64,000 nt of DNA, from contig OZ024740.1 in NCBI GenBank assembly GCA_964016885.1, positions 312,914,001 to 312,978,000 of the forward strand. The letters are read 5' to 3'. Every line of letters begins with the position of its first letter. The stretch's first letter is position 1. The notes beneath the pieces were generated by a model that was given only the letters and a program-made list of their open reading frames with translations, was not told where the DNA came from and ran no database searches. Positions 38,801-50,800 of the stretch are shown here, one piece after another. The stretch comes from Eledone cirrhosa. Lineage: Eukaryota. Made by a program: the position numbers and the translations under genes.

Positions 38801-41800
38801 TGGTGGAGATGAGGATAATGATGGTGTTGGTGGTGATGGTGTTGGTGGTGATGGTGATGATTGTGATGATAATGATTATCGTAGTGATGATGATGATGAT
38901 GATGGTAGTGATGATGATGATGATGATGGTAGTGATGGTGATATGATGGTGGTGGTGGTGGTGGTGATATGATGGTGGTGGTGGTGGTGGTGATGGTGGT
39001 AATGGTGATGGTGGTGATAACAATGATGATGATGATGATGATGATGACAATGATGACAATAATGATAATGACAATGATGATGATAACAATGATGATGATA
39101 ACGAAGGTTATGATGGTGATAACAATAACAATGATATTGGATGTAATCACCAATTATTTCATTGACAAGAACTAAATAGCACCAGATGAAGTCTATTCAA
39201 GTCTCAGATGATATTCAATCTTTAATCACATTATTTTCTATATATTCAATGATAACATTAGATTTTTTCAATGTAGAAAAATATATTATTTGAAAAATCT
39301 TATCTTAATAATAAATCAATGAACTGAGGTGATTTTTAACACAATTAGATTCAGTAAATTTGTGTGATAAAATCACTATTGTTGTCACCATTGTCACACA
39401 GCAAAGAACTGAGGACAAAGTGCGAACCTTTGATAAGGGCTGTATATTTGGGATGTATAAATACTAATATATTTTTGCATTTTTTCTTTATATTTCTTAT
39501 TTCATTCCCTTAAATAAAAAGGATAAAGGGTAAAGACCCCCTTTGGTCATGATTGACCATAGGATTTACACCTAGAAAGTTCCCCCCTGAGGCACAAGTC
39601 TAGGCAAGGTTGTTTGTGGAAGACCAGCAGTCACCCTTGCATACCAGTCTCTCCACTCCACACCACCAATGTTGTCCAAGGAAAAAAGCAAAGGCACCAG
39701 AGATGTCACAACTCATTTCTACAGCTGAGTGAACTGGAGTAACATCAAATTAAGTGTCTTGCTCAAGGACACAACACAAAGCCCAGTCTGAGAATCAAAC
39801 TCACAATTGCAATAAAACTCAGCACTGTTGACAAGGTAAAATGGTCATGAAATGGAAATGATTATTTTTCATGCATGGTAGTGAAACATGGGTTGAAGAC
39901 ATGTATAGATTAGAGAGAAATGAAGCACCCATGTTTTGTTGGATGTGCAATGTAAGTGTCAGAGAAAGGCAGAGCTTGGATGAGCCGAGGGAGTAGCTGG
40001 GTTTAAGAGGAATCTGAGTTGGTGTACAGGAGAGAAGACTGCATTGGTAAGGACATGTGATGTGCATGGACAATGACTGCTGGGTGAAGAAATGCCAGGA
40101 AATCCCAGTGGAAGGAAGCCACAATAGAGGATGACCAAGAAAGACCTAGGCAGAGGTTGTGAGAGTGAACCTCAAATTGATAAGACTGGGTGAGGAGATG
40201 ACGAAGGAATGTGACAAGGGGAGAGATGCTGTGCTGAGAAGGACCCATCCAACCCAAGCAAGCATGGAAAAGTGGACGTAATGATGATGATGATGATGAT
40301 GATGAAAATAAGCTGTGATGAATTAATTGAATGTCCCTCTAATTAATCCTCAACTTACTTGCTGAAGCCATTTCTCAACAAGCCCATGAGCCTGTGATGG
40401 GACAATACTGTTACAGAAGTTCACTCTTTCCTTTTCTGAAGATTCCATAGCTACAATTACTTTCTCTGGAGTAAAGACTAATTGAGCGACACTTTCGAAA
40501 CATTTCTTCAGGTGAGGTTGCACACGTAAAGGATCTTTAGTCTCAGAAAGAATTTCCAAAAGCTCATCATTTGATAAGAAGAAAAATCTGAAACCAAATA
40601 CATTCATTAAACTTTAGGAAAATAAATAAAAAACAAAACAGACAAACAAAATTACTATATGAGAAATAAGTGTAAAGTCTGTCTTGAACCCAGAGGTTGA
40701 TCAGACTGGTGCTTATCCCAGTTTCTGTAGTATGAAGTGACTGGAAGTACAAGACTTCTCCCTGGACAGGGCACCAGTCCATCACAGTGTTAAAGTCTGT
40801 CTCGAGCCTGGAGAGTCATCAAGCTGGTGCTTATCCCAGTTTCTGTAGCATAGAGTGACTGAAAGTACAAGACAGGACACCAGTCCATCACAGGGTTTTA
40901 TCCCCCAGTTACTGCTGGTACTAGTTTCCAGCTGAGTATACTGGAGCAACACACAACTCAGTCCAGGAACTGATGTTTTACAGCATAGTTACGTCCCTTT
41001 ACGATCTGAGTTCAAATCCCGCCGAGGTTAACTTTGCCTTTCATCATTACGGGGTCGATAAAATAAAGTACCAGTAATGTACTGGAATAATTGCTGGCCT
41101 TGTACCAAAAGTAGAAACAATTATGATTGTACATCCAACAGACTTACCACTTAGCTACATGCTCTATATGAGAAATAATAGATATGTATTATAGGGATGT
41201 GTGTCCTCTAATAGATTAGGGGACACACTAATCTAATCCAATCCAGGGGCCTTCTCACTCCTGTTGGATAAACCCCTCCCTGGTTGACTTTCACCACTTT
41301 GTTTGGTTTTGGTCATGTCAGGGATGTTGCCATACTCACCATGCTTGGCCAAGAGTCAGAACAAATACTGCAAAGCATTCTATCCGATGTTCTAACAACT
41401 CTGGCTATTCACTGCCTATACATGTTTATAGTAAAGTTAATTTGACCACTTGAGGTTGAAGACAGAACCACATTGATGATACAAACCATTGATTCTTTAC
41501 CTACTTGACTACTGACATTTTATTGACTCAATCAACTTTGATTCTCATTACAATTAAATGAGGAAGACAAAGGCAGAACATGAGAGAATCTGTGATCAAT
41601 AGTAGAGGTGGTATTGATTGAATATTAATCATTAGCTGGTCAAATAATGAAGGAAACTTGAGCTGGACATTGGTGTTGATTAGTTTTATTATAACATAAG
41701 GGTGGTAGATTGGCAGTATCTGTAGAGCATTGGACACCATGCTTTGTAGCATAGAGTTACGGTCCTTTACTTTCTGAGTTCAAATCCCGCTTAGGTTAGC

Positions 41801-44800
41801 TTTACCTTTCATCCTTATGAGATTGATAAAATAAAGCAGTAAAGTAATACACTGGGGTCGATTTAATTGACTTTCCCTCCCCCAAAATTGTTGGCCTTGA
41901 GCCTAAATCAGAAACCATTATGATAACATAAATATTATATTATTACAGTTAACTTGACTTGGCTGGCAACTTAGTCATTTAACTAAAAAATGACTAAAAT
42001 GGCTTTATTTAAGATCTGGTTTAATTCGAATTAAATGGAACTCTTCCAGATTTGGCTTATTCCATACATGAGGGCTAGTACCACTGGTTTCATGCCCCAC
42101 ATAACTTTGGGTTAAAGATATTGGGCTTGTTCATCTTGTATCAGTTTTTTTTCATATTCTGAGTGTCTCAATATATTTATTCATTTTATTTAATCAATTT
42201 AAACGTCCGTATAGAGCTAGTAAGCCATGACAGACTAGGAGAAGTATCTAATACTTCTTATAGTTGAAAAACAAAAACAAACAAGATATACAGAGATAAC
42301 TGAATATAAAAATAAAAATTAAATTAAAAATAGAATTAGATTAAAAAAAAAAATTAAATATGGAAGGCCAACTGGAGGTAAAATGAACATAAAATAAAAA
42401 AAAAATGGCAAGCAAGGGAAGCTGTTACTTACCTTGGGAAAAATATTCTCTTTTTCTCCAGATAGTCATTTAATCCACACTGTATATCTTCTAGTAAAGT
42501 CTAGAGGAGAAAATAACTGTTGTTATTGTTGTTGTTAGTGTGTAACCTCAGATCAGTTCATGTAGACCTATCATCAAAAGACATTCCAGTTGTGACCATC
42601 CCATTTATTTGTGTGTGTAATTCAGGTACAGTTTATATAGGATCATGTCATCCTGTTTCTTATACCCATCATCCTCTACTGCTATCATTGTACACAACAC
42701 ACTGTACACCCCCTCCCCTCAACCATCAACCTATTACTATCGTCATCATTATGTAGATGATTCTGAGTCTGAATTAACCAACCATTATACATGTATAACA
42801 CAATATAAGTAACTTATGAATTTATGGATTTCACAAGTTTCGTGATTTTCAAAAGTCGAGAGATGGAGAAATGTGTGGCTCTGTGGGACAAGCTGATAAA
42901 TATATACATATATAACAGATCCGAACAAAATGGAACAAAACTCCCACTGTCACTGCCTCCGTCTCTCCTGCTCTCCCGATCTCTCAGTTGACTATAGCTA
43001 TAGAGAAGAGGTAAAAGTCAAGGTATGACAAAAACCTCAGTCATTAATGGTTGTTAACATTTGATTCAGTTCTGCGGTGATCCTTAGGACATGTTTTTAA
43101 GCAACAATATGTCCCCCAAAAACTCATTATGCTTGTTATATGCAATTGAGAGATCACAGCTCCAACACTATGGGCATGTAGTTAGAAAGTCTCAGGAAAA
43201 AATCGATGGACAGGTTTTGCAAGCACAACCAACTGGCAGGAGACACAGGGGTAGACCCCGAGCTAGATGGTTGGATAACATCCACGAGTTTGGCTGGTCT
43301 CGCTTGGGAATCCAGCCAGATCAGTTGGAGAAAGTTGCTTCTGATAGGACCTGCTGAAAGGAGTGTTTGAGGACTCTGCCTCCACAACTCTCTTAGGAAT
43401 AAGTGGGTGCACAAGAAGAAGAAAAAGAAAAAGTAAAGAAGAAAAAAGAAAAAAGAAAAAAGAAAAAAGAAAAAAGAAAAAAGAAAAAAGAAAAAAGAAA
43501 AAAGAAAAAAGAAAAAAGAAAAAAGAAAAAAAGAAAAAAGAAAAAAGAAAAAAGAAAAAAGAAAAAAGAAAAAAGAAAAAAGAAAAAAGAAAAAAGAAAA
43601 AAGAAAAAAGAAAAAAGAAAAAAGAAAAAAGAAAAAAGAAAAAAAGAAAAAGATAAAGAAAGATATTTAGTGAATTTTGTAAATTCAGATAAGTTCAAAC
43701 TTATTCAAATTTATGAATGTCATTAAATAAATAATTGTTTCTACTTTTGGCACAATGCCAGCAATTATCCCAGTGCTTAATGGTACTTTATTTTATTGAC
43801 CCCATAAGGACGAAAGGCAAAGTTAATCTCGGCAGGATTTGAACTCAGATTGTAAAAGGCCATAACTCTATGCTGCAAAACATGGTGTCTGACCCTCTAC
43901 CAATACTGCCAATCCACTAATTAAATAAATAATAATTGTTTCTACGTTTGGCACAAGGCCAGCAATTACTCATTATTGGTACTTTATTTTATTGACCCCG
44001 TAAGGATGAAAGGCAAAGTTAACCTCGGTGGGATTTGAACTCAGAATGGCAAGGGCCGTAACTCTATGCGTCAAAATTATCTATTTTTAGAAACGTTGAG
44101 CAGATATTTCATCATCATCATCATTTTACATCCGCTTTTCCCTGCTTGCAAGGGTGGGACAGGTCCTATTCAGCACAGCATCTCTCCAATTGTCACGGTC
44201 CTTCGTCATCTCCTCCGTGAGCTTCAGCGATCTGAGGCCTGCTCTCACCACCTCTGCCCATGTTTTCCATGGTCTTCCTCTACTGTGTCTTCCTTCAACT
44301 GGCATTTCTTGGCACTTCTTTATCCAGCGGTCATCCTCCATGCGCATAACATGTCCATACCATCGCAGTCTTCTCTCCCGCACATCACACCTCTTAAACA
44401 CAGTTTCTCTCTCAACACATCCATGCTCGGTCATTCACGCACATTGACATTGCACATCCAACGGAGCATGCTTGCCTCATTTCTCTCCAGCCGTCGCATA
44501 TCCTCTGCAGTTGCTGCCCATGTCTCACTACCATGCACCTCACACAGGCATCATATAACCGGCCTTTCATACACAGGGAGAAACCCTTCTTCGTCAGCAG
44601 AGGGAGCAGCTCCCTAAACCTTTTCCAGCCCGTCCTTATTCTAGATACTATGGCCCCGGAACACCCCCCTCCCATGCTAATCTGATCACCTAGATACCGG
44701 AAGCTATCAACCACTTCTATAGAACCCATCTGCATTTGAAAAATGTGTCTATCAATGCGATTTCTACTGTCAAATTTCCCTGTACATCTACTGCATACAT

Positions 44801-47800
44801 ATTTTTCCTTACCTGTTAGTTTGCCTGCTATCCCACTACAACTCTTGTGTACCCAGGATCTGCATTGTGTACATTTTATAGAATTTATGCCAGTTCCTTT
44901 TCTACATATCGAACATGACCATTTCCCTGACGGAATCAGAGTTTTGTCCTCTTTTCTACTCATCAACACTTTTGTCTTAGCTAGGTTCACTCTCAGTCCT
45001 CTTAATTCCAACTGTTGTTTCCATAGCCAGAATTTCTTCTCTAGCTCCTCTACTGATTCTGCTATAAGAACCAGATTGTCAGCATAGAGAAGTTCCCATG
45101 GTCTTAAACTCCTCTGTTATGGCTGGAGGACTATAATGAACAAGAGCGGGCTGAGGACCGAACCCTGATGTACTCCTACTTGTATCTGGAATTCCTCACT
45201 AAACTCCATTCCTACCCTCACTTTACTGAGAGCACCTCTGTACAAAGCTTGCACAGTCCTCACAAGCCATTCCTCAACACCTTTCCTTAGGGACCACCAG
45301 ATGACAGATAGGGGTACCCTATCAAAGGCCTTCTCTAGGTCAACAAAAGCTAAGTATAGTGGCTTATTCTTCTCTAAGAACCTCTCTTGTAGTTGTCTCA
45401 CTAAGAAGAGGGCATCTGTTGTACTTTTTCCGACGGTCCAGTGGCCTTACCATTTTTCATTTCCTTAATCGCCTCTTGGACCCTATATTCATCAATCTCA
45501 ATAGCTGGTCCCTTTGTCGGATCAACTGGGAGTAATTTCTCTCTCTCCCATTCATTCTCCACATTCATCAGTCTCTCATAATGACATTTCCAGGCTTCCT
45601 TTTTCTGATCATTTTTGACACTTAGTACACCGGCATCATTCCGGACACACTTATCTCCAACAACATCCTGATTTGCACTGACACACTGCCTTGCAATGCG
45701 GAACACCGCATGTCTCTGATCTTCCCGTCGCAGAACACTGGCAAATCTCCTACTCTCAGCCTCCCTGTGTGCTAAGTACACCTAACGTCTAGTTTCTCTC
45801 TTAGCGGCTGTGTATCCTTCTCTATTCCCACCATTTCCCAAGCATACCATGCTAGTCTTTTGTCTCTAATGGCCCTATCAACCGTGCTGTTCCACCACCA
45901 GGTCACTCTCTGTCTGGTTGAAGCTCTGCTCCAGCCATAAGTTTCTTCAGTAGCCTGCAGTAAGTTGTCACGTAAGAAATTCCAGTTATCATGTATGTCA
46001 TACAACTTTAAATTGTCTTCTTTTTCGTCATACACTTCTTGATGGGCTTTCCTAAATTTATATTTTAGTGAAAGGTCTTTTAGCTTCCAGACCTTTCTTT
46101 TCCACACCTTCCTCTATGTCTCATTCTTTCTCTTGCTTACTGAGATATCACTAACGACTAACCTATGCTGTGGGGTACATTCTTCCCCGGGGTATGCCTT
46201 GGTATTTGATACCATCTGTCTCTCTTGCTGCCTAACTAGCAAGAAGTCAATCTGGCTTATGTGCTCACCTGATTTGTAGGTTATTAGGTGGTTAGCAGGT
46301 TTCTGGAAGTTAGTGTTGCAAATGGTTAGTACACTTGCATCACAAAATTCAAGAAGCCTTACTCCATCTTCATTTCTTGAGCCGTAACCGTGCCCACCAT
46401 GTACCCCAGTGTAACCATCCTGGAGCTGTCCAACATGACCATTGAAGTCCCCTGCTAGCATAACAATGTCTCCATCCTCTGTTTATTTATTTATTAAAAA
46501 TCGCTAGAAACTTCAACATATTTTTTATACTATAAAATGTAATATTTTTTTTACCTAACAAATTAGCATAAAAACCCCTGGACGAAAAAAAAGTTGATAG
46601 CGTTACCCATGGGATACTGTTAACTTTTTCCAGTCAGGGGTTTTTATACTAATTTATTAGACTATTTTTCATAGTTAAAAAAATACGTTGAAGCTTTTAA
46701 ATTTTCAAATAACAATGGTCTGTAATTTAGGCACAAGGCCAGCAAATTTGGGCGGAATGGAAAGTCGATTATATTGATCCTAATTCTTTACTGATATTCT
46801 ATTTTATCAACCCTGGAAGGATGGCAGGCAAAGTTGACCTCAGCAGCATAATAATGTTGTATAGAGTATTAGAGTATTTACCACAGAATATTGCAGCTTT
46901 TCAAGCATCTGGTCTTGGGACACACTATTTAATACCTTGCTACTTGCCATAGCAGTCGTCAAGATTTGTTTCCTGAGAAAAAAGTGATGTTAATTATTTC
47001 TAGAATGAACATACAGTATTTGCTGGCCTATTGGAAATACTTTTTTTCCTCCAAAACATAAAAAAATCTTCTCTGTATCCAGTACACCCATATCACCGAT
47101 GGGAGGCTGAACAGAGGGTGAGGACAAACATGGTTAAACAAATTTAGTTTGTATTACTATTAATATTACTAATACAGTAATACAATACAATTTATATAAG
47201 CAAAATGATGGCAAACTTATATAAGAATTTCTGAAAAAATGAAATCATTTTTTATAAATTTTTCTCAAAATATCCTTATAAAACCAGGGGGAGTCTTAAT
47301 ATGAAGGGGCATCTAATAGGTCTGCAAATACAGTATATTTGATGTCACAGACAATGAATAATTTAAAACTAAAACTAATTTTAACAAGAATATGCAATTC
47401 ACAGATGAAGGGATACTTCTGAAAACTTCAATGAATTTATGCTATATATTAATTTCTAACAGACATTATCATTATCATCTTTTATGTGCATTTTTCCATG
47501 CTTGCATGGGTTCAATGGATCTTTTCCAACACAGCATACCTCCTCGTTTTCTTTTGTCATCTCTTCTATGAAGTTCAACATTTTGAGATCCACACTCACC
47601 ACATCTGCCCAAGTTTTCCTTGCCCTTCCTCTACTTCAGCTTTCTTCCACTGGGAGCTCCTGACACCTCTTCACCTAACGATTATCCTCCATGCACATCA
47701 CATAGCCACTCTAATAAAGTCTTCTCTCTCTTGCACACATTTGATTCCTCTTAGACATAGTTTCTTTATAATCTCATCATCATCATTTAACATCCAATTT

Positions 47801-50800
47801 CCTTGCTAGCAAGGGTTGGATAGGTCTACATAGACCAAGTTAGTACTGAAGTGAGGTTACTGACATCCTAGACACAACCACTATCTATTTCTCTCTATTT
47901 ATGAAGGTACCTGGAAAAACCCTGTGTTCCAATTTATGCGAAACTTGTTTTATTCCATTTGTATTCCCATTTCAGGGGCAACCTCCTTTCAAAGTGTTTT
48001 CCCATTATGCGCCATTTTGGTTGTATTAAATTACAGAGGAGCACACAATCACAGAGTTTTAGTAGTGTGTATATATACATATATATATAGTGTCATATAT
48101 ACAGTCATGAAGGGCCATGGGTTTTGCAGCTAGAAAGTTCCCCTCCAAAGCACAATTCTGGGGAAGGTTGTTTGTGGAAGACCACCAGTCTCCCATCTCC
48201 ATGCTACAGATGTTGTCCAAGGGAAAGGCAATGGCTGATACAGTTTGGTGCCAGTGATGTTGCAACTCATTTCTACAGTTGAGTAAACAGGAGCAATGTG
48301 AAACATATATATAGGAAAAGAGTCAGGACCCTGACGGCTGAGCTCCAGCGATTTTGACAGCTAGTGTTGAACACTACTGGGTTAGTTCAGATCTAGCTGT
48401 CGGGGTCCTGACTCTTTTCCTATTACCCACTCTACTACCCTAAGTATCGAATACTCTTGTGCGTTATGGTCCACTGGTTCCTTACCACACTTCCTTCGTT
48501 ATATATATATATAACTGTGTATTTTTGCATTTCTGAGATTGTTTTGTTTCCTTTATTAACTATATATATATATATGTATATATATATAGTTTAGGAAAGG
48601 TAGGAGAAACACAAACATCAACTACCCACAGCAGAAAGCCAAAGAGTAGGAATTGTCCTTATGTTTGTGTTTCTCTTACATTTTCTAAACAATTAGTAAC
48701 CACACAGTGCCTTTGTCACTTTTAATATATATATATATATATATATATAAATATAAGATGGGCTTCTCAACAGAATTCGTCCACCAAACTTCACTCACAA
48801 GGCATTGGCCAACCCAAGACTATAGTAGAAAACACTTGCCAAAAATGCCATGCAGTGGGACTGAACATGAAACCATGTGGTTGCTAAGTGAACTCCTTAA
48901 CCACACAAAAATGTAATAACAAAATCCATTAAAAAAAATTCAATGGACAATTTATAGTAGTAATAAATTAATTTACCAATTTTTGTCAACTTCTTCAAAC
49001 ATTTTACCCTGTACAGGAATTTGTTCTCTAATATCTTCTGATCCAAATATTGGTTCCAAGTACATCCAAGCAGATTGAACCTTCAGCCAAGAGTCCAGAA
49101 TATCCTTCATACGGTTCTGAAGCAAAGTAGAAAGAGTTTTAGATCCTACAGACTTTACATTATAAAAATATGTTAATTTATTAAACAGAACTGAAGGGTG
49201 TAATATATATGATGTTTATGATTTTTTTTCAAGAATACAGCAGCATAAATAACGGAATCAAGACAAGGAGTCTTCTCTTTGTTAAGGCAAAGATCAAGAA
49301 ATTAATATGAACTTGATCATCAGACCTTGATCAAATAAGAATGAGGTAGGCATAGGGGTGCCAAATACCATTCCTGATACTAACCCTTTTAGTTGCATCT
49401 TATGGCATGTAAGGATATGTTTTATATATCATAATCATCATCCTCATTTTACGTCCGCTTTTCCCTGCTTGCAAGGGTGGGACAGGACCTATTTAGCACA
49501 GTATCTCTCCACTTGTCACGGTCCTTCGTCATCTCCACCGTGAGCTTCAGCGATCTGAGTTTGCTCTCACCACCTCCACCCATATTTTTTGTGGTCTTCC
49601 TCTACTGCGTCTTACTTCTACTGGGATTTCTTGGCATTTCTTTACCCAGCAGTCATCTCCATGCACATCACATGTCCATACCATTGCAATCTTCTCTCCT
49701 GCACACCACAACTTATCCCTCTTATACACAGTTTCTCTCTCAACTCATCTATGCTTGGTCGTTCACGCACATTGTCATTGCACATCCAATGCTTGCTTCA
49801 TTTCTCTCCAGCTGTCGCATATCCTCTGCAGTTGCTGCCCATGTCTCACTATGATGCAGCATCATGCATCTCACACAGGCATCATATAACCGGCCTTTCG
49901 TACGCAGGGAGAAATCCTTCTTTGTCAACAGAGGAAGCAGCTCCCTAAACTTCTTCCAACCCGTCCTTATTCTGGATACTATGGCCTTGGAACACCCCCC
50001 TCCCATGCTAATCTGATCTCCTAGGTACTGGAAGCCATCAACCACTTCTATAGAACCCACTTGCATTTGAAAAATGTGTCTATCACTGTGATTACTACTG
50101 TCAAATTTCCCTGTACATCTACTGCATACGTAGTTTTCCCTATCTGTTAGCTTGCCTGCTATCCCACTACATCTCTTGTGTACCCAAGATCTGCATTGTG
50201 TGCATTTTATAGAATTTATGCCAGTTCCTTTTCTACATATCGAACATGGCCATTTCCCTGATGGAATCAGAGTTTTGTCCTCTTTCTACTTATCAACACT
50301 TTTGTCTTAGCTATGTTCCCTCTCAGTCCTCTTGATTCCAACTGCTGTTTCCATAGCCAGAATTTCTTCTCTATCTCCTCTACTGATTCTGCTATAAGAA
50401 CCAGATCAACAGCATAGAGAAGTTCCCATGGGCAGCCCCTCTTAAACTCCTCTGTTATGGCTTGGAGGACTATAATGAACAAGAGCAGGCTGAGGACCAA
50501 ACTCTGATGTACTCCTACTTGTATCTGGAATTCCTCACTAAACTCCCTTCCTACTCTCACTTTACTGACAGCACCTCTGTACATAGCTTGCACTGTCCTC
50601 ACAAGTCATTCCTCTACACCTAGTTTCTTTAGGGACCACCAGATGATAGATCGGGGTACCCTATCAAAGGCCTTCTCTAGGTCAACAAAAGCTAAGTATA
50701 GTGGCTTATTCTATATGCATATATATATATCCAGAGAGTGTAACATGGAGTTACTGCAGGTTCACCCATGTGAGCACTCGATGTTTAGGTTCACTTCAGT

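Noticed and set aside
38752-39175. Poly-His/Ile/Met ORFs (also 1387-1860, 14958-15386, 18471-18734)
   Set aside because: Triplet microsatellite translations without splice or homology support
43363-43726. Lys/Glu/Arg-rich and Phe-rich ORFs (also 63447-63752)
   Set aside because: Translation of the (GAAAAAA)n microsatellite
49285-49335. Minus-strand CTGATGA with tcaag/cttga stem
   Set aside because: No GAAA after the stem
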